Shown: one piece after another, positions 25,228 through 38,885 of the stretch
Layout: every line of letters starts with the position of its first letter
How positions within the stretch are numbered: position 1 is the stretch's first letter
Translations under genes and position numbers: made by a program
Assembly: GCF_006345805.1 (NCBI RefSeq)
Contig: NC_043012.1
Span: 49,538,001-49,602,000, forward strand
Reading direction: 5' to 3'
Length of the DNA: 64,000 nt
Source: Octopus sinensis
Lineage: Eukaryota
Notes under the pieces: generated by a model
The model's input: only the letters and a program-made list of their open reading frames with translations
Told to the model about the DNA's origin: nothing
Databases searched by the model: none

Positions 25228-26058
25228 ATATGCTCTTGTTTGCTGAAGCTTGGAAAACAATCGTGTAAAGGTAGTGAAGAGAGCTCAATGAATGAAGGAT
25301 TAGCTACAGAATATGACAGCAATTTGAGGCACAGTCGATCTGAATTTCTTTATATTAGTACAAGCGATAACTCTGTTGGCATAAAACCGAAAATACTTTC
25401 AGAACTTATGATCCAGGTTTTAACAATTATATACACAAAATTCTCATGATAATTACTGTTTGTTTCCCAGGTTTATTTGCTGCATCTGAACGAGACTGTA
25501 CTCGAACAACTGAGAGCAACGAACTATTCAGCACTAAATGATTTCATCATATGGTCAAGTTGTTTGTTCTTAGCTAAAATATTCGCAGATTTATCTCTAT
25601 GGTTAAGATCAGTGTACTTAGCTAAAATCTATGCAGACTTACTTATATGGTTAAGATATTTGTTCTTCATTCAAATATATGCATATATGGTTAACTTGTT
25701 TGTTCTGCAACCACATGTTTCCGGATTCAATACCACTACATTGCACTTAGGGCAAGTATCTTCCACTCTTATCTCGGACTAACCCAAACGTTTGGAACAC
25801 ATTAAAACAATAGTAACATTTAAGTGTCCATGTGATTTACCTGTTTCGATGGTTGATATAATTAATATATAAACAGTGATGTCGACACGTGAAATTACTA
25901 GAACTTATGACCATTTAAAGCTTACTATTAAAGTTACTAGATTCTTGAATTATATTTATTTCAGGCTTGTGGATGAAATTTCAAAGAAAAACACTGTAGA
26001 TATCCATCAAATGGTCTGTCCTGTTTCTTTTCAGGCCAGTCGGTCAGGTGAACATTAG
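25228..26058 (+). CDS. Candidate three-exon segment (25228-25416, 25471-25553, 25965-26047/26058) of an unidentified gene
   Basis: AG/GT boundaries are phase-compatible: ICSCLLKL...ELMIQ | VYLLHLNETVLEQLRATNYSALNDFIIW | LVDEISKKNTVDIHQMVCPVSFQ. Acceptors tttcccag and tatttcag are good; donors are weak. No homology recognised. Confidence 0.4.
25550..25695 (+). repeat. 48-bp tandem repeat, about 3 copies
   Basis: tatggt(c/t)aag...ttagctaaaat..(c/t)gcaga units start at 25550, 25598 and 25646, with a partial unit at 25686. Confidence 0.85.
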
Positions 26059-27005
26059 TCGATGGCCCGCATGTACTAAAACGATGTCCAATCTGTTCAA
26101 GAATTCCTGCCAGATCTCAAGATTAAGAATAATTATCTACCTTCATTCAGTCATGAAGCATCTGGAAATGGTTAGATTCGGGTTTCTCCTCGTTTCTCAC
26201 GAACGAAATCATTAAAAAGCTATTATTTTTTAAAGAGAAGAATAAATGATTGCAACTGAGTGTCGACCGTAACCAAGGCATGATATCGATTATCATGATG
26301 CTTAGCTCGTGCATTATCATTATGCAAAGTGTTCGTCACCTTGTCTCTATTGTAGTCTGAAATCATTTCCTTTCATTGTAAGTGACAATATATTTTATAT
26401 TGCTGGTATATATTGGCTTGTTCGTGTATGTGTGTGTGCACGCGCGTGTGTGTACGTACGCACACAGACACATACACACACACACACGAGATAGTCATAT
26501 AGATTTTTACCTTCTTATCTAAAAAAAAAGTATCGGGTTTTGTGGTGACAATTCAATATAATTTAATACACAACAATAATTCTTAAACAACTAATTTGGT
26601 ATTGAGTGTTTCACCGTTCAGACATTAAAACTCACCATTGTCATTTTTTAATTAACGGTGATTATATCAGATAATTATCTGTTAGGCAGTCATAGTAGTC
26701 GCAGAGAAGTCATCAAACTCTTTGGTTATTTGCAAACGAAACAGATTTTTCACTGTAAACAATTTGTAGGGGTAAAGTGTTTAAGCAGATAGAGTATTAC
26801 ACTATCAGCTCATTTGTTGAGAGTTTCTAGTGATTGATGTGTTTCGTTGTTTGCTTCTACTTTATGTTCAGAAACGTGATTAATGCCAATATATGTTGCT
26901 GGACTTGAGACAAGTGTATAGTGGGATCATTGAGGTTTTTAGAGTCATAATATAGGATAATGGACATCATTCTGGTTATGTCTGGAAGTCTAAACCTATG
27001 GTAAA

Positions 27006-27184
27006 CACCGGCTGATCGCGACACCAGCGCCTGTTCTGGCACTGTGAATCTAAATATCACTGGCGATCAGATGAACCGCTGCTAGGTCTAGCGGTAGAGT
27101 GTCCTTCCTTGACAGGACCAAGGAAGGTCGAAACCACATGATTTGGTGGTCTCGGCGCTGGAGGTAACAGGATGTTTATCTCCC
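27006..27184 (+). ncRNA. Unclassified structured RNA-like island with a hammerhead-like 3' half
   Basis: GC-rich island with many perfect helices: 27012-19/27063-70, 27024-31/27154-61, 27075-80/27090-95, 27103-11/27119-27, and GAAA-ccac...gtgg-TC at 27130-51. Confidence 0.45.
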
Positions 27185-27817
27185 TGCTAAAGATACAAAT
27201 AAGAGTATATTTTGCACCGAAAAACCAATATAAGAATTTCTCTTGTGGTAACTACAGCAGGGTTGTTTGTTCTAATAAAAAATCAACGTCTAAGTGAACA
27301 TAATTATTACTTCTATAGATAAGCTCTGATTCTCTTTATGGACATTAGATTATATCTCACTAAAGTTATCTATCATTTTCAAGGATCGTGGTGAAATTTT
27401 AAAAGAGAGCGTTCAAAGAAATTATATATTTATACATTATTATATATTGTGTGCATTCTATATTTAGGCAGAGTTGCAGATATATGATGTTAGGGAATGC
27501 ATGAGAGATAAATAAAAAAAAGAGCCTGTAGCGCACGAATTTGGGCAAGTGTCCCTTGTCATGTTTTAAATGAAGTACAGTAGGGGTGACGAATAGAAAG
27601 GCAATTTCATGGCGTCGTTTTAGATAGGGTGTAATTACACACTTAGAAGACATTAAGAAGCGGCAGCTGTTGTCGTAATGAATGAAAGAATGTAATACAA
27701 AATGTTATTATTGTTTTTCATCCTCACATCAGTGATGATTGGTTAAATCTATGAAGAGCAGCGGTCTATCTATGATCGCCTTGTCATTTTTAACGACAAT
27801 CTATGTCTAATAACTTT

Positions 27818-28005
27818 TAACCCTTTTGCATTTAGACCGATCATATCTGGCCAAAATATTCTACCAGTTTTATGTTCAAAATGGCCAGAATATGCTTTTT
27901 ACACTGAACAATCACATCTATCAAACTATTGAAGCTATGAGACAGCGCATGATTAATTCAATAAGTGTTACGTCTGACAGAATAGTCTGAATGTTCATGT
28001 GTTTA
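27818..28005. mobile_element. Degenerate TTAA/CCCTT-type (piggyBac-like) MITE
   Basis: Begins ttaacccttttgcattt; the decayed inverted end is gaatgttcatgtgttta. Confidence 0.4.
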
Positions 28006-29201
28006 TATATTCTTAACGTTCCATGACTATAAATAATTAATTGAGTGGGATTTAGTTGAAATATTTAAGTGATCAAGCGAGGGGGAGGAAACTTTCGCGT
28101 TGACCCTTATGATTTTTTGCAAATTTTGAATGCCTGGCAATCATCGGAATTCACTTTGTAGTGTGGGAACCTCTTGTATGGCATTCATAATTATTTGTTG
28201 GTGATTAGTAGGTCTTCTGAGCTGAAATATTTTAAATTATTATAGTTAGCGGGACATGAAAGTAGGTAAGTTTTGTAATACAAATGCATGGGACAAATCT
28301 ATAACATACTGGAGTTATAAGTGCCATATCGATATACAAGACCCATAATATTGATGACGAAGATAAAAACTAATATCGGACAGGATGTTCACTACGATCA
28401 AAGATTTTAAACATGTCAAGGAAACCTACTTCGACTTTTCAATGTCAATCGGGAAGCAAAGCGATCCGAGGGGAGAAGAAATGCGGTTGTTTACAACTGT
28501 TCTCATTATATCTGAGATATTGGACACCTGAGTAGAGGTAAGTCTGTAGCTGTTAAGGTCTTAGGTGTTGTATTTTCTGGAAATCCAAGACACGTACAGA
28601 CACGCCAAGCACACACTTATATGAGCTATAGGGAATAAATAGCGATACATTTTGATATATCCTTTTAGTAACTGATATAAATGGAAACTTACAAAATATT
28701 CTTTATTTTGCTTAATACCAATGCATTGCAGTGAACGAGTGAGAGGGAGTGAGGGAGAGAGAGGGCGAGGAAAAGATAGAAAGAGATAGACAGAGAGAGA
28801 GAGAGATAGGAAGTGGTATATTGTGTTGTTATTTGCTATGTAGATGTTTAAATGTAGAAGTTTACTAAACAGATCTCATTCTGTTTCCAATACAAGCATT
28901 GAATTATTCCATCAGCTGAACCACCCGATCATAGAATTAGATTTCATTTACTGTGTATTTTACAAACACCTGTAAACTTACGGGAATTTTGAGACAGAAT
29001 CGGTGTAACAGAGAGTATAACAAACATAGCAAGTATTATGTACAGGATAAATGCTCTGGTTAAAGACAATTGGCCAAGATGAGAATCAGTCAGATCGAAA
29101 TCGTATAAATACAAAACGCGCTATTTAGCTATTCGGCCATGTTGCATCATTGAACGCATGATATACACGAGCTTGCGCGCACACGCACACACACATACAC
29201 A

Positions 29202-29253
<52 letters not shown>

Positions 29254-29503
29254 CGCACTTGTGTGAATGACGTTTGGTTGTACAAACATTTTCTGAGAAA
29301 ATATGGCTACACATATTAATTCGTTCAGCAAAACATAAATTGTATTATGTTTGTGGGAAGATAACGAGTATTATTTCATGATTTTCCCAAATATTTGAGC
29401 GATCTTTATTTAGTGATTGAGTGATAGTATGTGGGTGCATACATCGGTTCCATGTGTACAAATACATGCAGGTATATATATATATATTATATATATATAT
29501 ATT

Positions 29504-29580
<77 letters not shown>

Positions 29581-30087
29581 TATATATATATTTATATATA
29601 TATGTATATATTTATATACACATGTGTCTATATAGTTTGTAGATCCATGGGTCTTCATATTTTGGATAATATCTTAGCAACTACATAGTGATTGTATATA
29701 AATCAGAAATATGTTTATACAAGAAATATTAAATAAGTATATTTACAAGCAAAATGCACACGCCGACATATACGTGTATACATACACAGAGAAACAAACA
29801 CAGACATACACACATACAAGCACACGCAGATATGAAAACATGATCATAGATAAACGTTAAATCATCACACTGTTATATTTAGTTAAATAACATAACACAA
29901 CATGAGGAAATGGGTATAATAATAAATGTAATAACCACAACAATAATAATATTAATAGTAATAATAATAACAACAATATATTAGTGTATAAAATATGACA
30001 TGCATGCATATGTCGAGAATATATCAGTGTTTATATTAAGTATATAATAAATCAACGAGATATTACTAACAATACTATGTATATATA

Positions 30088-30127
<40 letters not shown>

Positions 30128-31473
30128 GGTAAGCATATTATGTATATGTAGACACACATACATATATACATGCATATATGCACAGATATACAAACACACA
30201 CGCATTTATATATACACAAACACACACATAAGTATATATATGTATATATGTATCCATTACCGCAAATACAAACTCACAAAAAATTCCAATACTTAAAACT
30301 AAAATATACTTTCTTGCAATTTACGACAATTTGGTGTTGTAATCCTTCTGTTCGCACACATACAATATAATAAATAATAACTAAATAAAACAAATAACAA
30401 ATAATAAATACTGAGTATATATAGCTGAATAGCTTTTAGGTTTATTTTACGAAACGTTGTTATCACAGAATTCCAACTCATTTTAATAAACATTATTTCG
30501 CAAAGTACGTTCTTTAGCTGCCGCCTTCCCATTGTAGAAAGTCACATGATATTTACGGAATTTCTTGACTTTCGTTCACATTTAACACAGAGATAGATAT
30601 CGCTGTTCTCACATCCAGAAGTGAAAAGTAAAAAGTACAAGAACACAAAAAAAAGACAACAACAACCTAGAGGCTTGTCATTTCTGGCAGAGTATTTTAC
30701 TGGAATAAAATGATTCATTGGGCTACTTACTCTTAGAAAGGCGTTTATTAGATCGAGCAGAGAATGCATTTCTATAATTCATCTTCGTTTTGCACCATTT
30801 CATCGTAATCTTTTCTCCCATGTTTCCATTTCCGCCGGAAGCAACGACGGCATTCATTTTCGAAAACCTAATCAATGTTTGAAAATTGCGTTTCAGAAAA
30901 TGTTAATAATTTACCAAACCTGCTTGCTAGAAACAAAAGACTGTTTTCTCATTCTCTTTGTGTAAAAGAGCTCTGGCATTTTATCATGAGAATTTAAATT
31001 GAGTTTTCTTTCCTCGTTCTATGACATTTAATCTTCCTCAAGCTTGTTGGACATCTTCCAGTCATGTTTCTTGCTTATCTCTCTTGATGCATGCGATGGA
31101 TATGTATAGTAAAGTGTTGTTGCAATATTTCTAAATACACAGTATTACTGACTGAGAAAAAAATAATAAACTGGGTTGTGGGGTGTTGCCAGTAATTCCC
31201 GCAAGACGAGTGAGATATAGCTACATGCACATTATAGATAACAACCGAATACATAAATAATATTCAGCTATATCATGTGAAAAAGTATGCGTTCGAGGAG
31301 GTAGAATACCAATTATTACCATATATATATACTCATATGCATAAACGAGACACAGAAACAGAAACACATATGTGTGTGCGTGTGTGCTATATGATTGAAT
31401 GTGTGTATGTGTGTAATTTTAACTGTGTGTTTTACGATAATATATATTCTATTTGATGAATGATAAGTAAAGA

Positions 31474-31516
<43 letters not shown>

Positions 31517-31517
<1 letters not shown>

Positions 31518-31706
31518 GCTGGCAAATTCTTTACTGCTTAGCGCTGTTTCGTCCGTGTTTTACGTTCTGAGATCAAATCCCACCGAGGTCGATTTTGTCT
31601 TTTATCCTGCCGGGATCGATAAAATAATTACCAGTTGAACACCGGGGTCGATGTAATCGAATTGTCTCTCCCTCAAAATCACTGGCCTCTTTCTTAAATT
31701 TGAAAT
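31517..31706 (+). mobile_element. Family B SINE (alternative tail) after (ATT)n
   Basis: ttacgttctgagatcaaatcccaccgaggtcga...ggggtcgatgtaatcga...aaatttgaaatc. Confidence 0.8.
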
Positions 31707-32933
31707 CAATATTACTAGTATCATCATGATTATCATTATCATTATTATTGAAGACGTCACACAGCATCCAAAATTTTTATGTTGTAGATAAAAGATATTG
31801 CGTTTACCTGGGATTTGTATTGTCGGCCTTTACACAAGAAGGACCTCAGGTAGCATTTTACTCAGTATGCATGCAAGTTCAGGTAAAGATGATTTCGTAA
31901 CACACCAGGTTTATAGTGTATTTCTAAAGTGTCCAGATGTTTCTTTTATTTTCATTATTACCAAAATTAGTATTTTTATCATCATCATCATCAATATTTG
32001 AACGGATATTTTTGAACTGGCTCGTTTGATTACTTGTATTTTCCACGACAAAATTTTAAGAATTTCACTTTGCCAAAAGAAAAAAAAAATGTCCGCATGT
32101 CTTTTCTTGGGGAGCTAAAAACAATGCTTCTCGGTGGAAATGTAAATTGAATCTTTTGTTGTAGCAGTGAAGATTACTATCATCGTTCATATTCTCTAAA
32201 ACTATTGAGTGAAAGATTGTTGCTAACTGTGAAAATATTAGTACAGGTTGCATAAGAAAGGCAAACGAAAGGAAAAACTCCACTTACGCAAGCAAATGAA
32301 ATATCATACACAAACGTAGATATTGACACTTAGGAAAACCGACAAAAAATAAATAATAATCACATTTGTAATGCAGACATTGCTACATAAAATAAAAAGA
32401 GAGTCAATAACACAGGCAATAGAATATGTTTTGGAGGCCCAATATATGCTCTGAGCGTGGAACAGTTCTCTGAAAATCAAACTATGACGGAGATGTTAGG
32501 TAGAAAAATTTAGCAAATCTGTCAAAGTAAATGCTAAGAGAAAAAGAATTTGGTAAACCTCTTTTAAAGAGGGGACGTTCTGTGTTCCTTCAAAATAGTA
32601 ATTAGAAGAGGATTGACCAATATGCTTGGCGACATAGTTTCAACAGAATGAAATGGAGCAAATGGTAGAGTGTCTAATGCGGAAGTAAGGTATGAAAAGG
32701 GATTCCTTGGTCCGCAATACACTTACTCAAGGTTGATGCCACAATACATGGCGCAGTTAATCTTTAAATATTATTTTGATTTTTACTAATTTGTTTAAAA
32801 TGTCCGCCACTTGTTCTCCATGCGTTGATCGTTTTCTATACGATTTTGCAAGGTGATTTATTTTAGAGTTTCATATTTTGTATGCTAAACGAAATTGTGT
32901 ATAATTAATACCAGTGGTTAAAAACGAGGGAAT

Positions 32934-32995
32934 CGTCATCATCATCATCGTCATCGTCGTCGTTGTCGTCGTCGTCGTCGTCGCCATCATCGTCG

Positions 32996-33033
<38 letters not shown>
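32934..33033. repeat. (ATC)n/(GTC)n microsatellite
   Basis: Direct inspection. Confidence 0.95.
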
Positions 33034-35035
33034 GTGTTCATAAACTGCTTGCCTTGTTCAAACCTCAAGACTAGAGATAAAATTTTCCTTACTCAAATGA
33101 CAGTGAACTGAATTGAATCTAAAAAAAACACCTGAGTTCATTCAATGAAATTTATAGACTGATTACGTAGCTACAGACAAAACCTTTCTGTTCGAGGTGT
33201 GGTTGATTAGTTTAATAATAACACACCCAACAAAAGTCTCCTTTGGTTGGTAAATTTACACATGAAAACTAATTTAACAACGCCATATCAAACTAAAATA
33301 TAACGTTCCCGGAGCCTAAGAAAAAGCACCTATACTATTACTGAACACGGTACAGATCACACTACTATATCAAAAATCGAGAGGGCACATTTGATAACGT
33401 GGTTCTTAAATAAATTGGTTTTCTTTTAAATATAAATATTGGATGATCACGCATTCATGTCTTGCTGAATCGACGTGGCTCTCGATTTAAGAACAACAAC
33501 CTAGAGCGTCATTACTTTTAGTATAAGTCATTTTGATGTAAGCCGTTTCAATAGACTCTTAGATATATTCGAGTCAAAGCTTTTCTTTGGGATACTGGAC
33601 TGCGGGTGCCTATGTTATCCGTTATCTTTTTCAGGGACATGCAATGGTTCTGGACTTTTCTCGACTGTCTCTGAATAACCTAAATGTATGCAAAAATAAT
33701 TTAGGACCCTAGAGTAAGGCGACGTTGGCTGTCGTAAGGCAGTATTCAAAGGAAGCTAATATATTAACTCTTTTAACTTTCTGCTAGAGGTGGGTGATAA
33801 ACATAAGCTGCTGTATGCTATAACTCTCCTATCTTACCGCTCGGTATCTAATGGAATTTGCTTTGGTTCAAATATTTGAGTTAGGCTTCCGTTTGAGGAT
33901 AACTCCCCGAGATAATTACATGTGGATTTTCAGTATAGCGAAGTATCCACACTGTATTTTATTTTCTGATTAAATGATAAAATAAATGGCTACGATTACC
34001 CGCTAGTTCTTGTCGATCTGAGTCAATAAAAAGAAACTAGATAAAATTGACGAGTGATAAACGTATGACACATGCAGTTCTTATTGAATGCATTACAGAA
34101 TAAATCGCTGATAATCAAATTTAAGAATGTGTACAGAGATATCACAAAATAACCTTCTATATATGCAAATTTATACGTATGAGTGTGTTCGTTACGTATG
34201 TGTGTGTATGTATGTACATGTAAGTATGTGTGCATTTATACACACACGTATTTGTGTGTTATTTGATTTTAATATCGAATTTTGCACTAGCTTCACTACG
34301 TTTATCTAATCTCTGATACTGCAAAATCAACTATATTTAATGTAGTATTTATTAAGCATAAAAATATATACACTATGCTTTAAAAATATACACAGCTTTT
34401 TATTGGTAATTCATACATACATATGTATTTTAAAGATTACACACACATCTACGTAATACATACGTATTTATATCATGAGAGGGGAAATATAGATTTGTAC
34501 CACGATCTAGAAGATCGCCGTGACCAATGCATAACGCTATCGTTGATTTCAATGTTTTGCCATAGCATGCTATTTATTTAAATCAGCAAAATAAAATGAC
34601 TGGTGTTCGTGTATTTATGAAGTGTATTATTAGAGCCACCATAGTATACAAATCTATAATCACAATTATCTATTTAAATAAAAAAAAATGTATGGCCCAG
34701 TTGATAAATATTGTCATTTTGGAGTGGTCGGCACCCACTGACAGGAATACGTGTATGTGCTTCTAGGCAACGAAATGGCAACGAACAATAACCGAACAAG
34801 ATAATTTTTGTTATACTTGGGGATGGTCACGCTTTTTTTTTGATATTCACTTTAGTTTTATTATAGTTATTTTTAGCTTATTCGTTTGTCAAAGTTCTTT
34901 TGTCTGTGACCTCTTCAACAACTTCCTATCTCATGCAAATTCAAATAATGTTAATAAATCTAAAGTGAAGATGAAATAAATAGGGGGTGTGTTTAATTGG
35001 CAAAAGATAACCGTCCCCAAATATAATGAAATCTG

Positions 35036-35457
35036 GGATCTTTTCGGTTTGAACGGCAGTTTTTTCTAGCGGTGTCATATGAAATTGTCACCCATAATTA
35101 TGACCCTAGTATCGATCTATTGCATTTCAATCTGTTTTAGAGTTAGTTAGGGTTAGGGGTGGGGCGAAGGGTATCTTTTTTTCTTCGCAAATGTAAATAA
35201 ACCCAATCTGTTTCTTAAACGAGGGACATATTCATACGGCACAGAATGTTTTCACCTCAATAGACGTCATTGATTGGTTGAAATTGCAGAAATTGAAGAA
35301 AAAAACCCAACAAATATCTTACAAAGTATAGAATTTTCTCAATAAAGCCAAGAGAAAAAGATGTTTTATAAACACATTCTACCAGTATACGAAGTTTAAA
35401 AGTGTTTAGTTACGTGGAAATTATTTTTAAAAACTGCCGTTCAAACCGAAAAGATCC
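35036..35457. mobile_element. MITE with 29-bp TIRs and an 8-bp TSD (Merlin-like or hAT-like)
   Basis: TIRs ggatcttttcggtttgaacggcagttttt / aaaaactgccgttcaaaccgaaaagatcc; flanks gaaatctg / gatatctg; internal gttagggttagggg. Confidence 0.9.
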
Positions 35458-35684
35458 GATATCTGTTTCAACACACGTTTTCGCATCAAAAAAAAGAAAA
35501 CTTTACAAAACAAATACATAAACGTAAAATTATATTTTAAAAGTTGGCATCTTATCCTCTTCGGATTAATTTCTCAATTCTTTTAAGGTGCCTAGTTGTC
35601 GGTTAAAATTTGCATATAGTGTGGTCACATACAATGCAGATACAAGCAAATGAACATAAGGAACAATCACATATACATATATAC

Positions 35685-35761
<77 letters not shown>

Positions 35762-36327
35762 AAACATGCAGAGTAACATTTTGGAACTTAGAAACTCCGA
35801 AAGAAGTGAAGTAAATTATTGTTTATAGACAAAGCTATAAACAAGGCATGTAGAATTTGCGTTTAAACCCTAGTATTCTACACGCGATTATTTAAAGCTG
35901 TCCAACTTCTGACAATATAACATATGATACGCCAAGTGATCATTTAATTTAATGTCTGACTGTATATACAGTAGAAAAGGAATTCGCAATTTTATAGCTT
36001 TAAATAAAATGCATTTAGCTTTTTGTTGCTATTCTCCGCTGTCCGATTTCAAACCAAGCCAACGTCTATTTTATGTTACATATTTGGGAGTTTGATAGAA
36101 AGAGCATACACAGGGAACCTTTTTTTCTTTTAATCACAGCCGGATTAGTGAACATCTCAGAAGGTCGGTCGAGATGATATTTGATATTGTACCGGTTCTT
36201 TAAGTACATAAAATATCACATGCAACGACTCTGGTTCCAAGCAGTATCGCTTTGCAAGTCTGTGGCTTTAACTTGGACAAACTAGGGTATAGAAACGGGA
36301 GACTGATATATATATATATATATATAT

Positions 36328-36625
36328 TGATATTATGTATTAATAGTAATGGTAAGACAACAAAGGAATGAATGAGACCTCGATATTATGTAAATAGAGG
36401 AATTTATCTGTAATATGATATGTGACAATTATTCGGTTGCCATAATAAGACTCCAAGTTTTGGGTGTCGGAGCGGAAACCTGCTCCAGCATCTCGTCAAC
36501 TATCGAGGCAAGCATTTTTTGATTGCCTTGATAACAGACGAGATGCCGGAGCAGGTTTCCGCAGCGGCATCCGCAACTCGGAATCTTAATGTGGCAACCG
36601 AATAATTGTCATATATTATTTTACA
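36328..36625. mobile_element. Penelope-like pLTR fragment with an inverted duplication; both arms carry degenerate hammerheads
   Basis: Arms 36409-36511 and 36523-36625 are inverted. The inferred consensus is gataa CTGACGA gatgccggagc..gctccggcatcc GAAA ctcggag TC ttat. Flanked by (TA)n. Confidence 0.75.
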
Positions 36626-36641
36626 TATGTATGTATGTATG

Positions 36642-36729
<88 letters not shown>

Positions 36730-37385
36730 TATGTGAGCACATGATGTCACGAAACGTATACAACGAATCAATACGAAACACGAGTACATGGAACATGAAC
36801 TATTTTTCGAACAACGAAAGACACAAATGGAAAAACAAAAGAAATAACATAAAGAACGACCCTTCATCAGTTCTTACCTGTTTTTCTATTCTCGTATTTC
36901 GAGCATTTAACAACAATATACGCCTTCAATAAAATAGTTGCTCCCGCAAAGCAAATTAAATAAAATTTGGGAGTTTGTGGAGGGTTAAAATTAGGAAACA
37001 CAAAGCGGACAGTAAAAACAAACAGGAAGGGCTGCTAAGCCTAAATGAGGTTGTGGGAGCAAACTGGTAATTCAAGCTTGGACAGGAGACAAACAAGAAC
37101 ACGTGTTCTTTGTTCCAGCTACAACGGAGAGAAAGAAAGAAACACAAGTTAGGATAAGAAAGATGGTCGATGGTCACCTGTGAGCCACGTGAGAAAGGGA
37201 GGAGAAGTGAGGAAGAGGGAGTGACTGAGTAATTGGATATGATAGTGGGAGAAGAGGAGGTAAAAGAAGAAGAGAGAGAGAGAAAAGCGAAAGAGTAAAA
37301 AGATCGTTTAGAGTGCGCATCACAATTATTAAGATAAAACTTACTTATAAGAGGATGGGTGGCGTTAAGCATATAATAAAATAAA
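36730..37385 (-). mobile_element. Probable interspersed repeat between (TA)n tracts, possibly Penelope-like
   Basis: Its start (gcacatgatgtcacgaaacgtatacaa) recurs at 37585 (gcacaagacgtcacgaaatgtgtacaa). Isolated minus-strand CTGATGA cores at about 36864-36870 and 37748-37754 lack complete stems. Confidence 0.4.
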
Positions 37386-37387
37386 CA

Positions 37388-37446
<59 letters not shown>

Positions 37447-37515
37447 TATATAGATTAGATACGTATCTATACACATTTACATCTATATCTATATCTATAT
37501 CTATCTATCTATCTA

Positions 37516-37577
<62 letters not shown>

Positions 37578-38833
37578 TATGTAGGCACAAGACGTCACGA
37601 AATGTGTACAATATATGAGAAGCAATTAGTTTTTCTTGTAAACCCTTTCACCGGTCCACACACGCGGGTGCAGCTGCATAGCTATCACTGACTGTCACAG
37701 GCCCTACATAGGAGTGGCTGAGGCTTTACATGCAGGGTGCTGTATGTCATCAGTAGCAACGATAGAAAGCTTCCACGATTCAAACCTTTAGAGTTGAACT
37801 TAATCTCGTTTTAGGAGTATATTTAAAATATCCCAAAACTTAACAACACTGCATTGCTTTTGTTTCTTATTGCAAGCATTCAAGCTGTTCTCTAGCTTGA
37901 AGGATTTCTCAATGTGTCAGTCCTGACGATAGCAAACAACACCTCCTTATTTTTGTTTCTTCCTTACTTTATTTGTACACTGATAACATTGTCATGAGCT
38001 TTGTCCATTATCAAGCAAATCAATAAAGCTCTAAGCAGTTGCAATACTACAACATTGCTGCATGCTTACTTGACTATCAAGACTGAGTATTTAACCGCAG
38101 GGAAATGAGACGTTTAGCGAGTTGGTTTGTATTCTCAGTAAGTTTAAGTTTGAAATTAACCTAGACGTTCGAAATCAGATGAAATTCTTGCATAGGTTTG
38201 TATGCGCAAATTTGCATCAGTATATCTCCAGTACATCCTTGAACATTCCATTTATTCAGTTGAAGCTATAGATTAATGACAGATAATTGGAGGTTGTTTC
38301 ATTGTTTTTGTAATTTTATGTAATAGTAATCTTATATACCCGGTGGTTGGGAATAGGTATAATGTTTTTATGTATTTCAAGGATTGATTTATGATCTATG
38401 AGGGGGGATGGTTGGCTTTCTAATCCTAAGTATGCTTCTTTAAGGTCTCTTCGTTCAGTTTTTCAGAGGATCTTTTATGAGGTGAGTACATTGTTAATTT
38501 TAATGAGATGTTTATTAATGGTGGAGAGGATTAATTTGAGGTAATACTCTTTAGATATACATTTGTTCATATAAGAGATCGCTCTCTGCTTCTCTGTCTC
38601 TCTGAAACGTACACACACATATATTCACATATATGTATATATCTACACATTCCATGAAATAATATACATCTATGTTTATATATATATGTATGTGTGTGTG
38701 TGTATCCGTTTATTTAGTTGGTGATTTTGTATGCACACACACACATATATATGTACATTCACACACATATATACATATATACAGACATATATATTCACAC
38801 ATACACATACATACACACACACACACACACACG

Positions 38834-38885
<52 letters not shown>

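Noticed and set aside
27000-27075. 7SK-like GATC motifs or an HDV-like ribozyme
   Set aside because: The GATC pairs lack the 7SK 5' stem context, and the segment between the crossing helices is too long and lacks the HDV P3/L3 consensus.
36956-37474. 172-aa minus-strand ORF
   Set aside because: It starts in (TA)n and runs through pyrimidine-rich repeat sequence; no domain recognised.
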